A DNA stretch of 64,000 bases from Eledone cirrhosa (taxonomy: Eukaryota). Location: positions 6,572,001 to 6,636,000 of the forward strand of contig OZ024763.1 in the NCBI GenBank assembly GCA_964016885.1, in the 5' to 3' direction. Each line of letters opens with the position of its first letter. Position 1 is the stretch's first letter. Below are positions 27,379-42,469 of the stretch, piece by piece. The notes under the pieces were generated by a model. It ran no database searches and was not told the origin of the DNA. It was given only the letters and a program-made list of their open reading frames with translations. A program made the translations under genes and the position numbers.

Positions 27379-27481
27379 ACATGTACTCTATATAGAAACT
27401 ATGTATAGATTATATACAATGTTGTCCAAGGGAAAAGTAATGGCCGATACAACTCATTCTCAGTGACGTCGCAACTTATTT

Positions 27482-27611
27482 CTACTGGCGAGTAAACTGG
27501 AGCAACGTGAAATAAAGTGTCTTGCTCAAGGACACAAGAGACTGACTGGTCCGGGAATCGAACTCACAGCCTCATTATTGTGAATGCAACTCTCTCTAAC
27601 CACTAAGCCAC
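27482..27611 (-). mobile_element. tRNA-derived SINE family B (OR-like), 5' part
   Basis: rc GTGGCTTAGTGGTTAGAG..GAGTTCGATTCCCGGA..GTGTCCTTGAGCAAGACAC. Confidence 0.75.
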
Positions 27612-27837
27612 TTACCTTCGTACATACATTATATGTGGTGCAACTAGTATCGTCTGCTTTAGGGAAACACTTATGGCTACTGCAAGTGCAATGAAAAGTG
27701 TCCTGTTTAACAGCTGTGGCGAGGCTGGATAACAGAGTGTGCTTGAGTATGCCGCCCCCACTTCATGCTTTACAGGCACTAAGCTTCCCAATGCTTCTGT
27801 ACGACTGCAGGTGGCGATGCGAGGTCATTTGTATTCG

Positions 27838-27871
<34 letters not shown>

Positions 27872-27879
<8 letters not shown>

Positions 27880-28265
27880 ATACTTTGGGAGGGTCATGTT
27901 GCCAATAAGAAACACACGCACCAGTTGCTTTCACTTCAATTTAATTTATTATATATTTATAAATTTACAAATTTATAAATTTCTGGTTGGTTGGTTGGTT
28001 CCACAACCAGATAGTTGTTTATATATATATAGTCATAGTTCTTTCGTCACACACTCTGTGACCTCTTCAGTGACTGGGGATTTCTTTCTTCGTTTCTGTG
28101 CCTTTCCTTTCTTCTATCCTACGCCATTTTTTGTGGAACCAACCAACCAACCAGAAATTTATAAATTTGTAAATTTATAAATATATAATAAATTAAATTG
28201 AAGTGAAAGCAACTGGTGCGTGTGTTTCTTATTGGCAACATGACCCTCCCAAAGTATAACAATAT
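27872..28265. repeat. 135-bp inverted repeat (27872-28006 / 28131-28265) enclosing a hammerhead
   Basis: Arms are near-exact reverse complements, with (TA)n flanks. Confidence 0.92.
28031..28075 (-). ncRNA. Minimal type I hammerhead ribozyme
   Basis: rc: AGTCA CTGAAGA G GTCACA-GAGTG-TGTGAC GAAA GAAC TA TGACT. Confidence 0.8.
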
Positions 28266-28317
28266 CGGTTTCAACACACGATTTCAGATAAAGAATCTTG
28301 CTAAACAAATTCAGAAA

Positions 28318-28368
<51 letters not shown>

Positions 28369-29239
28369 TATGGATATATATGTATACATATATATATGGA
28401 TATGTATACACACATATATATTTATGTATTTATATGGATATATATATATATATATGTATGTCTATATATGTATATGAGAGAAAGAGATCTCTGACTTGAA
28501 TTAACGTCGTGTTTCTTTATTGGTTCCTATTAAAGTCACGTGTCAATAGTGTAGTGGGGTGGGGGAACACTACCTGACCCCATTACCCCTCCCCTCCCCC
28601 CACTACTAATTGCAATATCACGTCTGCACGGTTACTTACTCGTGGATCATGTTGGGGTCACCCACGTGCAAACTCTCGGTTTCTCTTCTTCTGCACACAC
28701 ACACACACACACACATGCACCATCACACACACATACACACACATGCACCATCACACACACACACACACACACACACATGCACCATCACACACACATGCAC
28801 CATCACACACACACACACACACATGCACCATCACACACACATACACACACAATCACACGCACCATCACACTCACACACACACAATCACACACATGCACCA
28901 TCACACATACACACACACACACAATGACACAACCACACACCACCACATATAGACACATACGCACACAATCACATATGCACGCACGTTTACATACAAACAC
29001 ACATGCACTCATACATATACTGATGCACACACACACACACACACACACACACCTATCGCACATACAAGTACAAGCACACGTGTACACACACACAGCCACT
29101 CACACGTGTAGCAGTGTGTCATGTCAAAGTCATGCTTCGTTTGGTTGTTTGATATTGGCTAAATGAAGCATATCAGAGTCTCGTGTTTCTCTGTAGGACT
29201 TGTTGTTGTTGTCGTTGTTGTTGTTGTTACATCATCATC

Positions 29240-29781
29240 TGTGTTACCACCACCACCGCCATCACCACCACCACCGCCATCACCACCACCACCACCACCG
29301 CCATCACCACCACCACCGCCACCATCATCATCATCATGAGCATCATCACCAACACCATGATCGCCATCATTACTATTACCACCACCACTCCCTTCTTCTT
29401 CTCCTCCTCCTCCTACTGTTACTACTATTACTGCTACTACTACTGTTACTGCTACTACTACTACTACTGCTACTGCTACTACTACTACTACTACTGCTAC
29501 TGTTACTGTTACTACTACTACTGCTACTACTACTACTGCTACTGCTACTGCTACTACTACTACTACTGCTACTGTTACTACTACTACTACTACTACTACT
29601 GCTACTGTTACTACTACTACTGCTACTGTTTCTACTACTACTGCTACTACTACTATTACTACTACTACTACTGCTACTACTACTACTGCTACTACTACTA
29701 CTGCTACTGCTACTACTGTTACTACTATTACTGCTACTACTACTACTATTGCTACTGCTACTACTACTACTGCTACTACTA

Positions 29782-29821
<40 letters not shown>

Positions 29822-29822
29822 A
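29240..29822. repeat. (CAC)n / (CTA,CTG)n trinucleotide tracts
   Basis: Direct inspection. Confidence 0.95.
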
Positions 29823-29962
29823 ATGATTTCTAACTAATAATCTTCAAGTGGCAGAGAATGAGAGTTTTTCACTTCCGCTTTCTAATGTACAGACTTCCTG
29901 TTTTGTATCACCAACAAAACGGAAAGAACAGATATGCACACACACACACACACACACACACT

Positions 29963-30003
<41 letters not shown>

Positions 30004-30173
30004 TCACACACACACACACAATCACACGCACACATTGTTATATTTGGGGAGGGTCATATTGTTATAATATTGCCAGAAATATATAGTAAAACACACTCAC
30101 TGTTTGGTTTGGGTTGGTTTTCACTTCCGTATAGTTTATATTTCTATAATTAATTCAGCTGACTAACAGTTAA

Positions 30174-30231
<58 letters not shown>

Positions 30232-30232
<1 letters not shown>

Positions 30233-30271
30233 CAGAGTTCTTTCGTCACACACCTGTGACATCATCAGTGA
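30232..30271 (-). ncRNA. Minimal type I hammerhead ribozyme, same family as 28031
   Basis: rc: TCA CTGATGA T GTCACA-GGTG-TGTGAC GAAA GAAC TC TGA. Short stem I, CUC triplet. Confidence 0.65.
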
Positions 30272-30314
30272 TATTATTCTGTTGTATTGCTGTTATGTTT
30301 TCTTATTCTATTTT

Positions 30315-30415
30315 ACTGGCGTCCTGTCCAGGGGGAAGTCTTGTACTCTCAGTCGCTTCACGCCATGAAACCGGGATAAGCACCGGCCAAATGAGCCTTC
30401 GGGCTTAAGACAGAC
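30315..30415 (+). mobile_element. SINE family B 3' part
   Basis: Reverse-complement match to 47996-48100 (ACTGGCGTCCTGTCCAG..GTACTCTCAGTCGCTT..GAAACCG.GATAAGC). Confidence 0.7.
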
Positions 30416-30589
30416 TTTAGACTTTTTTTTTAGTATATATGTATATATATGTAGATATAGATGTCTATATACGGGAAAACAACAGTTCACAAGACGAGTC
30501 TCAGCCGAATATCCAAGCAGTCATTCCAGTTAATTCTATAAAAAAGTCGATATTAGTAGCATGACAAAGTCCGTCCATTATATCAGTCG

Positions 30590-31200
30590 ATCTGGCTCGT
30601 TATTGTATCTCCCTTGTTCTCTTGTTCACCTGCTTCATTTGGTTTTCAATATCGCTGATAACATCATGGATTAGCTTCCGCCATATTGGTCTGTCATCGA
30701 CATAAAGCCTCCAGCAGTGAAGAATGTTTCCTTTTCTCAAAATATCTTTCATCGTGTCCTTATACCTCGAGAGAGAGAGAGAGAGGGGTCCTACATGTCG
30801 AACACCATCCCCGAGCTCACCAAAAGTAAGTTTCTTTACAGGTCTACAATCCTCCATGCAGACGACATGGCCAACCCACCCGAGTCTATTCCTTATGAGG
30901 ATAGTTTCAATATTGGGAGTCTTTGCACGTTTCAGTAGCTCATCGTTTGTGACAAAGTGATCCCATTTGATGTTGAGAATGAACGTAAGGTGTCGTTGCT
31001 GCTCTGTTCTTAACTGTCTTCTGTGGTAATGATGGAGAGTCCAAGTCTCACTTCCATATGACGAGGAGTTACACATTGGTTATAAACTTTAAGTTTAGTC
31101 TTAGATGTCAGTTCCCTGCATTCAAAGACTCTTACTCTTAGTTTACCTACAGAACAAGAGATAGCTTGAATACAGGTACTAAGTTCTTCATCCAGATTAC
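30590..31200 (-). mobile_element. RTE/BovB-like LINE RT C-terminal fragment
   Basis: [48 protein letters not shown]. Confidence 0.85.
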
Positions 31201-31223
31201 AGTCTTTGGTGACAGAGCTGCCA

Positions 31224-31255
<32 letters not shown>

Positions 31256-31482
31256 GTATGTATGTATATGATGAATATATATATGTGTATGTATGTATAT
31301 ATGTATGTGTATATATGTATGTATATATATATGTATATATATGTATATGTATATGTATGTATGTATATGATGAATATATATATGTGTATGTATGTATGTA
31401 TATATGTATGTGTATGTATGTATGTATGTATATGTATGTATATATATGTATGTATGTATATATATGTATGTATGTATATATA

Positions 31483-31539
<57 letters not shown>

Positions 31540-31587
31540 GATGAATATATATTTATGTATGAATATATTTATGTATGTATATATATG

Positions 31588-31706
<119 letters not shown>

Positions 31707-31997
31707 TTATTTATGTATGCATATATATGTATGAATATATATGTATGTATATATATGATGAATATATATGTATGAATATATATGTATGAATATATATATA
31801 TATGTATGAATAAATATATATATGTATGAATATATATATGTGTGTATATATATTTACACACACATATATATATATCTATCTTCTATCACGTGACTTATCC
31901 CCGGGCTGAAGGTAAGAACCGGAACGCTACCTTCTGTTAATGAAATGTTCCTGGGGAGAATATAAACACTCAGAAAGTTCATATTTACAATATTTAC

Positions 31998-32031
<34 letters not shown>

Positions 32032-32339
32032 ATAATGGAGCTGCGGCGTTGCAAATGGGATACATATGAAAAAGTGAGTCCTTCATCAGTGACCCTCCAA
32101 CCGTCCTCGGCATTTCATCGCTTTAAGGGCCATATGCCTCAGGTTGGTGCGAACAACGGCTAAAAAAAGTCGTTGGGACACGTAAACAAAGGGGACGCCA
32201 GGGTAACAACAAAAAAGTTTAAGCAACGGAAAGTGAGAAGAAATAGACAAGTCCCAGATCTCTATGAATATAAACTCGGTGAAATCTTGAACAAGAGACA
32301 AAAGACCATCAAACCTGGTTGAAATGTGAGCAAGGAAAG

Positions 32340-32398
<59 letters not shown>

Positions 32399-32542
32399 TA
32401 CATCTATCTCTCTATCTCTCTCATGTACGTCAATACTCATCTTTTTCCATTTCTCCGAGGGTTCTTAACCCCACTATCAGGCTAAATAATTTCTTTAATT
32501 TCTCTAGTCAAAATACGGCGATAGCTGACATTTAACATTTCT

Positions 32543-32594
<52 letters not shown>

Positions 32595-32600
32595 CGAAGG

Positions 32601-32826
<226 letters not shown>

Positions 32827-32906
32827 AATATATATATATATAAATAAATAAAATAAGAGGAGGCTGGACTGGTGTAAATCCTTGAAAGGTTTATTATACT
32901 CTGATC

Positions 32907-32960
32907 ATTTCAATGACCGGTTTCCATATGAATCCGGTGATATCATCAGGTATTCGAAAT
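32907..32960 (-). ncRNA. Candidate hammerhead with weak stems
   Basis: rc: TTTCGAATAC CTGATGA TATCACCGGATTCATATG GAAA CCGG TC ATTGAAAT. Core intact, stems I and II imperfect. Confidence 0.4.
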
Positions 32961-33953
32961 ATAACAAAGGAATATGTAAAAACCATGGGTCCGAAATATC
33001 AGAGGCAGAGAGGACGACTGACCAACTAGCTGCTTTCACAACGGCCAGTCGCCCTCAACATATATATATGTATATGTATACATATGTATGTATATATATA
33101 TATATATATATATATGGATATGTATGTATATTTATATTTTTCAATACCCGAATTACTTGATCGTTTTTTTTTGGCTATGCGAATGATTGTTTAACCATCG
33201 TCTCAGTGTGTTTGGCCTTTAACGTTTGTTATAGCTCTGGTTCATCTGAATCATTGAGCACTTGCCTCACATCTCGGAGGTTGTTTTTCGTTATTTCGTG
33301 GGCCGAAATACGAATCACGATAATTTATGTTTATATATATATATGCCTTTGCTCACTATAAAAGCTTCACGGCACAGGCATTGCTTTATATCTGGAGATC
33401 TCTCTGCACTTGTCGTCACATGGTACCATGGTCCCAGCACTATGTGTCAATAATTGTCACAAGTGTAGTGTTTGTACCAGAGTTTTCAAGTCGCTGGCTG
33501 GACTAAAAAGTCACACTCGTTCAGCGCTTCGGTAGGGGTTCTCCTACATGGATATAAAGTAGTGGCCGTACTCGAAAACAAGTTGGCAGCCACCATGTAT
33601 ATATGTATATATATGTATGTATATATATATATGTATATATATTATGTATATATACATATGTATATGTATATATATATGTATGTATGTGTGTGTATGTTAA
33701 CACAATAAACGAGAGGAAATGACTCAACAGTTAAAACCATCACCGTCGTTGGCTGGGGTTTGTCCCTTTGTCTACCTCCATACAATGTTTTTGTTGTTGT
33801 TTTTAGGGTCCCCTGTTTAGGGGCGGGGAGAGGAAACAGTTGTTACACTGATGCCAACAATGATATGTATGTATGTGTATGTCTGTGTGTGTATGTATGT
33901 ATGTATATATGTATGTATGTATGTATGTATATATATATTTATGTACGTGTATG

Positions 33954-33984
<31 letters not shown>

Positions 33985-35171
33985 ATGTATGTGTGTGTAT
34001 GTATGTATGTATGTATGTATGTATATATATATTTATATACGTGTATGTATATATATATGTGTGTGTGTGTATGTATGTATATGTGTGTGTGTATATATAT
34101 GTATATATATTTGTACGTATAAACATACACACTGGACACCTCAACCCCATCTCTCTATATATATCTAAACCCTATCCCTGCCCTCTCTTTACCCCCCCCC
34201 CCCCCACATCCACATCTCCCCCTCCCCTCTATATCACCTATCACCACACCCTCTCCCTATATCCCCCACACTTCTCTCTACTCCTCTAGCACCCCTTTTC
34301 TCCCCCCTGTACCCCCCCACATCGAAGGACAGTTAGTAGAACCATTATCTTCTGTAAATATTAGGGTCAGCGCAATTTTTATAATGATGAGGATAATAAT
34401 AATAATAATGATGATGGTGGTGGTGGTGTGGTCTGGTCTGGTGTGGTGTGGTGGTGCTGTGGTGATGGTGTGGTGTGGTGGTGGTGCTGTGGTGATGGTG
34501 TGGTGGTGGTGGTGCTGTAGTGGTGATGGTGTGGTGGTGGTGGTGGTGGTGCTGTAGTGGTGGTGGTGTGGTGGTGGTGGTGCTGTAGTGGTGATGGTGT
34601 GGTGGTGGTGGTGCTGTAGTGGTGGTGGTGGTGTGGTGTGTGGTCTGGTGTGGTGGTGCTGTGGTGATGGTGTGGTGTGGTGGTGCTGTAGTGGTGATGG
34701 TGTGGTGGTGGTGATGCTGTAGTGGTGATGGTGTGGTGGTGGTGGTGATGCTGTAGTGGTGGTGGTGATGCTGTAGTGGTGATGGTGTGGTGGTGATGGT
34801 GCGTTAATAGTGGCGGGGTGGTGGTCTCTAATGTCAACACAACGGTGTACTGTTACAAGGGAGTGTGGAGATACATGGACAGCCAATCAACAACAGTGAC
34901 GCCAACAAGACTAACACCACCATCCCCAACAACAATAACAACAACAACCAAACCCATAATAAAGAATATTTAAACTCTACTACGGTATTGAGTGCTCTTT
35001 CTCACGTCCGTCAATATTACATCTAATTCTTATAATTGTTGCAATACAAAACCTTTCTTCAAATACACACACACACACATATATGCATGCATATATGTGT
35101 GTGTGTATATATATATGTATATTTACGTGTATATATATTATATATATTATATATATATATATATATCTATA

Positions 35172-35218
<47 letters not shown>

Positions 35219-35630
35219 GTGAGGTTTTTTTTACAAAATGAAAAATAACCGAGGTGTCCTACACGAGTGAAAGTATAAAGAAAAAGAGATGAAATCGAAA
35301 ATGCAACTGAAGTCTTATTATTTTAAAAAATATATATATTTATTTAGTGTGTGTATGTGTATGTGTGTGCGTAGAATAAATGATTAACTGATTAACTATG
35401 CGTCTCCATCGCGAAACCAATGTATGACGGGTGGCTGACCACCAAATCATTTTCATCATCACCAATATATATATATATTGATACACAGACACACGCTCAT
35501 ACATTCGTACAAGTACACACACACACACACACATACAATACAGCCACCATCCTACATACACAAACACTCACATAACCTTCCCCCACACACACGCAGATGC
35601 ACACACAAACACCTCCATATATCACACACT

Positions 35631-35661
<31 letters not shown>

Positions 35662-35769
35662 CATACACACGATTCTATTGTAAATGGCTCTTGTTAAACA
35701 CAAGCTAAATATTTTTAATTAGCGCCAAAAATCTTCGCCTTGCCTCGCTCACCGCATCAATAGACAACA

Positions 35770-36365
35770 TAGTGGTGGTGGTAGTGGTGGTGGTAGTGGT
35801 GGTGGTAGTGGTGGTGGTGATTGTAGTGTCAGTGGTGGTGGTGATGGTAGTGTTAGTGTTGGTGGTGGTGGTGGTAGTGTTAGTGGTGATGGTAGTGTTA
35901 GTGGTGGTGGTGGTGGTGGTAGTGTTTGTGGTGGTGGTGATGGTAGTGTTAGTGGTGGTGGTGGTGGTGGTAGTGTTAGTGGTGATGGTAGTGTTAGTGG
36001 TGGTGGTGGTAGTGTTTGTGGTGGTGGTGATGGTAGTGTTAGTGGTGGTGGTGGTGGTGGTAGTGTTTGTGGTGGTGGTGGTGGTAGTGTTTGTGGTGGT
36101 GGTGGTGGTAGTGTTTGTGGTGGTGGTGGTGGTAGTGTTTGTGGTGGTGGTGGTGGTAGTGTTTGTGGTGGTGGTGGTGGTAGTGTTTGTGGTGGTGGTG
36201 GTGGTAGTGTTTGTGGTGGTGGTGGTGGTAGTGTTTGTGGTGGTGGTGATGGTAGTGTTTGTGGTGGTGGTGGTGGTAGTGTTTGTGGTGGTGGTGGTGG
36301 TAGTGTTTGTGGTGGTGGTGGTGGTAGTGTTTGTGGTGGTGGTGGTGGTAGTGTTTGTGGTGGTG
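35770..36365. repeat. (GGT)-rich 24-bp minisatellite
   Basis: Tandem GGTAGTGTTTGTGGTGGTGGTGGT. Confidence 0.9.
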
Positions 36366-37289
36366 TGTTAAAGACATCGTTGTCACACACGATGTGTCAT
36401 GGACATTTTAAAATCTGGTGGATACCACCTCTGTTGAGGTCTGCTGAGTATTTCTTCTATGTGGACCAGTGACCAGGGTGTGGTATGGTGGAGTGGGGGA
36501 CATTTGACCCCCCCCCCTCACATTTCAATGGTTCACCCTCAGATTTAGAAAACAATTCACTGATTTTATTTTTTCAAAAATTTAATCTTGTTTTTGTGAA
36601 AATGTTCACCAAGAATGTCCTGAAAAGTTGCCACTAACCCCCTCCCCGAACACACACATACACACACTTACATACACACATACACATACATATAAATACA
36701 CTTACACACATGCACACATCTATACATATACACATACGCACTCACACGTACACACACTTACATACACACATACACATACATATACACACAAATACACTTA
36801 CACACATGCACACATCTATACATATACACATACGCACTCACACGTACACACACTTACATACACACATACACATACACATACATATAAATACACTTACACA
36901 CATGCACACATCTATACATATACACATACGCACTCACACGTACACACACATGCTCACACAAATACACACACTCACACTCCAATATTAGACTGATACTTTA
37001 TTTATCGACCTCGCAAAGGATGACAGACAGACAGTCAAACAGACAGACATACAGAGAGGCAGGCAAACAGACAGACAGACAGACATACAGAGAAGCAGAC
37101 AAACAGACAGACAGAGAGGCAGACAGACAGATGGGAGGGGGGGGGGCAAAGTTGGTAAAATCTCGGCGAGATTTGAACTCTGAACGTAAAGAGCAAACGA
37201 ATACCATAAAAAATCAGCCCACCCGACGGACGACCCTCTAACGCCCCCACCCGTTCCCCCACTCCGTCACTCTCTCACCCCCCCAGCTC

Positions 37290-37830
37290 CCTCTGACAGA
37301 CGATCTAACATCTCCTATACCCCCCACCCTCCAGCTCCCCTGACAGACGATCTAACATCTCCTATACCCCCACCCTCCAGCTCCCCTGACAGACGATCTA
37401 ACATCACCTATACCCCCCACCCTCCAGCTTCCCCTGACAGACGATCTAACATCACCTATACCCCCCACCCTCCAGCTTCCCCTGACAGACGATCTAACAT
37501 CTCCTATACCCCCCACCCTCCAGCTCCCCTGACAGACGATCTAACATCTATACCCCCCACCCTCCAGCTCCCCCTGACAGACGATCTAACATCTCCTATA
37601 CCCCCCACCCTCCAGCTCCCCTGACAGACGATCTAACATCTCCTATACCCCCCACCCTCCAGCTCCCCTGACAGACGATCTAACATCTCCTATACCCCCC
37701 CACCCTCCAGCTCCCCCTGACAGACGATCTAACATCTCCTATACCCCCCACCCTCCAGCTCCCCTGACAGACGATCTAACATCTCCTATACCCCCACCCT
37801 CCAGCTTCCCCGACGGACGTTTTAACGCCT
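37290..37830. repeat. Minisatellite, about 46-47-bp unit, about 11 copies
   Basis: CCTGACAGACGATCTAACATCTCCTATACCCCCCACCCTCCAGCTCC, directly after a split minus-strand SINE A (36997-37240). Confidence 0.9.
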
Positions 37831-38158
37831 CCATCTCTACTCCCACACCATCACCCTCTCACCCTCCAGCTCCCCCATCCCCCACACCCCACCCCCTCGT
37901 TGCTAAGCAATTAATTAAACCAATTTGAATTATCACTTCCCATACACTGACCTCTGACTGAGACCACTTTACCGTGAATTCTTTCTTAATTACTCAATTA
38001 GTTCAGTTGAAATTAAATTTAAAGAGAGAGAGAAAGAGAGAAAGAGGTAAAGATGACTTTAAATGACGTCATTGAACTGTTCGAGTATCATTGAACAATT
38101 GATTGGTGCCAAGCTCGTGCTGGTACCACGTGTCATCATTTGCTCTTCACAGTACATC

Positions 38159-38219
<61 letters not shown>

Positions 38220-38250
38220 TATATATACACACATATATATATATATATAT

Positions 38251-38299
<49 letters not shown>

Positions 38300-38306
38300 T
38301 ATATAT

Positions 38307-38351
<45 letters not shown>

Positions 38352-38378
38352 TATATATATACACACATATATATATAT

Positions 38379-38459
<81 letters not shown>

Positions 38460-38474
38460 TATATATATATACAC

Positions 38475-38509
<35 letters not shown>

Positions 38510-38612
38510 TATATATATACACATATATATATATATATACACACATATATATATATACACACATATATACATATATCTATATCTATATCCCCGTAAGTGT
38601 GTGCGGCCGAGC

Positions 38613-38662
38613 TCTTATCTGACGACTCTGTAAAAAGCAGGCGAAACTCCAGAGTAACAAGA
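38613..38662 (+). ncRNA. Type I hammerhead ribozyme
   Basis: TCTTAT CTGACGA CT-CTGT-AAAAA-GCAG-GC GAAA CTC-CA-GAG TA ACAAGA. GUA triplet, one mismatch in stem I. Confidence 0.7.
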
Positions 38663-38678
38663 TTCACTCTTTAGACAG

Positions 38679-38746
<68 letters not shown>

Positions 38747-38929
38747 CCGCCCACAATTCTCAGCTGTAGAGTATGTTATCATATCACCAAAGTGGGTTTC
38801 CCATCATTTTTTTTTTCATTCTCAAGGGTCCCCGTTTATCTCATTTTTCCCACAGCACCAACCCGAGCAGACAGTGAAAACGTCTGTCAATACTTGGAAT
38901 ATTGACAAAAATGAGAAAGGGTAGGGGTC

Positions 38930-39808
38930 TTTAACCCTTTCATTACCATATTACTAATGAAAGACACTGTCTATGTCATTAACCCTTTCATTACCATATT
39001 TCTAATGAAAGACACTGTCTATGTCTTTAACCCTTTCATTACCATATTTCTAATGAAAGACACTGTCTATGTCTTTAACCCTTTCATTACCATATTTCTA
39101 ATGCAAGACACTGTCTATGTCATTAACCCTTTCATTACCATATTTCTAATGAAAGACACTGTCTATGTCTTTAACCCTTTCATTACCATATTTCTAATGA
39201 AAGACACTACATATGTCTTTAACCTTTTCATTACCATATTTCTAATGAAAGACACTGTCTATGTCTTTAACCCTTTCATTACCATATTTCTAATGAAAGA
39301 CACTGTCTATGTCTTTAACCTTTTCATTACCATATTTCTAGTGAAAGACACTGTCTATGTCTTTAACCTTTTCATTACCATATTTCTAATGAAAGACACT
39401 GTCTATGTCTTTAACCTTTTCATTACCATATTTCTAGTGAAAGACACTGTCTATGTCTTTAACCTTTTCATTACCATATTTCTAATGAAAGACACTGTCT
39501 ATGTCTTTAACCTTTTCATTACCATATTTCTAATGAAAGACACTGTCTATGTCTTTAACCCTTTCATTATCATATTTCTAATAAAAGACATCTTCTATGG
39601 TTGTTCAAATAATTTTTTAAAAATAGAAAGTATTTAGTACTACAATTTTCTCATTATTAAGTTGGTATTTGGAACATAACTTAACAAAGGTTCTTTCGAA
39701 AAATTACGATGGAATGTTGTTTTTAGATAAATATATAAATTTAAAAACAAACAGTTTTCTATCATAGACCCGTGAGTGCTTTCAGGTGGTTTGGTATCAA
39801 AAAGGTTA
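38930..39808 (+). mobile_element. piggyBac-like MITE with tandemly amplified 48-bp left terminus, array 3
   Basis: About 14 units starting TTAACCCTTT, then the MITE body, ending GGTATCAAAAAGGTTA (imperfect inverted match to TTAACCCTTTCATTACC). Confidence 0.7.
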
Positions 39809-40707
39809 CGTTGGGTTTCGAACATAACGTAATAAAGGTTCTTACATAAATGTATGATGGAAGGTGTTTAGATAAATATAAAGGGTTTAAAACTAAACAG
39901 TTTTATATCACAGAACCGGGCCGGGGGGGGGGGGGGGGTATTTCTGACAGTTTAGAATCTAATTGATTAAATGATCTTCAAGACGAGATCGAAAATATCG
40001 ATTGTGTCACATGTTTGTGACAGATGTTACACCTGTAATCACAGGTATTGCTCTCCCTCCCCACCTCCACCATCAGTCAATATGATTAAGGTGTTATATT
40101 TCAATGTGACATGATGTCGTTGTTACTGAAACAATATGGATTGGATTGTGTCGGAATGACTGAGAGAAATATAGAAAAATATAGTTCTGATATGGTGTAT
40201 ATACACACATATATATACATACATACATACATATATACATACATACATACGTACACACATACACACATACATACATACATACATACATACATGCATACAC
40301 ACATACATACATACATACACACATAGGTACATACATACATACATACATACATACATACATACGTACGTACGTACGTACGTATATACACACATACATACAT
40401 ACATACACACACACATACATACGTACGTACATACATACATACATACACACACATACGTACATACGTACATAGATACATACATACATACACATACAACCAC
40501 ACACATATTTACATACATACATCTATACATACATATATACATACATCTATACATATATACATACATACACAATATCAACACATACAGACATATAAATTTA
40601 CACACACACATATCAACACATACAGACATATAAACTTACACACATACATACATAGATACATAGATACATACATACGTACGTATATGCATACATATATACA
40701 CATATAC

Positions 40708-40795
<88 letters not shown>

Positions 40796-40960
40796 TATCA
40801 ACACAGTATTCACTTCCACCAGACCATTGCTATCATCACCTATAAAAATCAACGCTAACACGCCTGATATCGTTATTGAGGACATCATAGTGTTACAATG
40901 TATGTACTGTTGTAGAGGTCAGCTCTCCTGGAAGTTAGATTACTGCTTTCATTATTGGAC

Positions 40961-41149
40961 AGGGGTCGATAAAATAAAGTACCAGTAATGCACTGGGTAA
41001 TTGCTGGCCTTGTGCCAAAAGTAGAAACAATTATTGGACAGGGATTGGCAGTATCGGTAGAGGGTCGGACGCCATGCTTTGCAGCATAGAGTTACGGCCC
41101 TTTACGGTCTGAGTTCAAATTCCGCCGAGGTTAACTTTGCCCTTCATCC
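40961..41149 (+). mobile_element. SINE family A, 3' half followed by 5' half
   Basis: Tail at 40961-41035, then head and core at 41041-41149. Both are preceded by ATTATTGGACAGGG. Confidence 0.75.
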
Positions 41150-41357
41150 AACAACAACAACAACAACAACATCAACAGCAACAACAACAACATCAACAAC
41201 ATCAACAACAGCAACAACAACAACAGCAACAACAGCAACAACATCAGCAACAACTACAACTACCACTACAACAACTACAACACCAACAACAACAACAGCA
41301 GCTATCACATTGAAACTGTTCGGCTCTATATAGGATTGCAAAGGTGCGCCGAATTGT

Positions 41358-41390
<33 letters not shown>

Positions 41391-41393
41391 CCT

Positions 41394-41425
<32 letters not shown>

Positions 41426-41829
41426 GCCTCGCACACATACACACGCCTACACATATCTATACATACACATGCTTACACATATACCATATATATATATATA
41501 TATATACACATACACACCTCACACACATAGTCGAACAAAAACTTGCACAGACACATGTATACACACACATACACCAACACATATCTACACACACACACAC
41601 ACACACCTCGCAAACACATATACGCACAAAAAACATGTATACACCCATATATATATAAACACGTGTACTTATATAGACACGTGTTTATATACGCAATCAC
41701 CTACATATACACACATATACTCAATCAATTATACACACACGTACCTAGACATACACTCGACCATACACACCTTACAACACCACACACACAATAAAGGAGA
41801 CATACATACATACCTACACACACATCCAG

Positions 41830-41862
<33 letters not shown>

Positions 41863-42045
41863 CATATATACACACACTTGCACATAATCTACATACACAT
41901 ACCTATACATGCTCATACACATACACACACTTACATATACATGCACATATATATTCACACCCACACCACTACACGCACCTCGTACACACATACACGCACA
42001 AAAACGGACAGACACACACATTATTTTCACATATACACACACTTG

Positions 42046-42087
<42 letters not shown>

Positions 42088-42469
42088 CTTATACATACAC
42101 CCCCATCCACACTCATACACCCCCATCCACACAGACACCTCCACACACACACACATACAACCCCCCCACATACACCTCCACACAAAGACCCCCCAGACAC
42201 ACCCACACAGCCACACCCACACATGCCAGGGTTTGGCACTTTATGCTCCCATGCGCTCCCCCTATTGTGTGCCCCCCCCACCTTCCTACAATATACCACA
42301 CCTGTCATTACACACCTGTCTATGTCTACCGGTGCACGTGTTAACATAGCAGTGAGGCTGTGGTGGTGGTGGTGGATTGGCAGAATCAGTGGAGCGTCGG
42401 ATAAAACACCGTTGTGTTATTTGTTCTGGCTCCAAACATTGGGATTTCAAACCCCGTCAAGATCAACTT

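Noticed and set aside
27482-27611. tRNA-like sequence
   Set aside because: No acceptor stem, and it continues into a repeated SINE body. It is a SINE head, not a tRNA gene.
31898-31956. CCCCGGG CTGAAGG...GAAA TG TT CCTGGGG
   Set aside because: Good stem I, but A9 is mutated and stems II and III are poor. Possibly a dead HHR, so not called.
38060-38140. TGACGTCA, ATTGG and CACGTG motif cluster
   Set aside because: Short motifs with no adjacent gene or transcript evidence, so a regulatory call cannot be supported.
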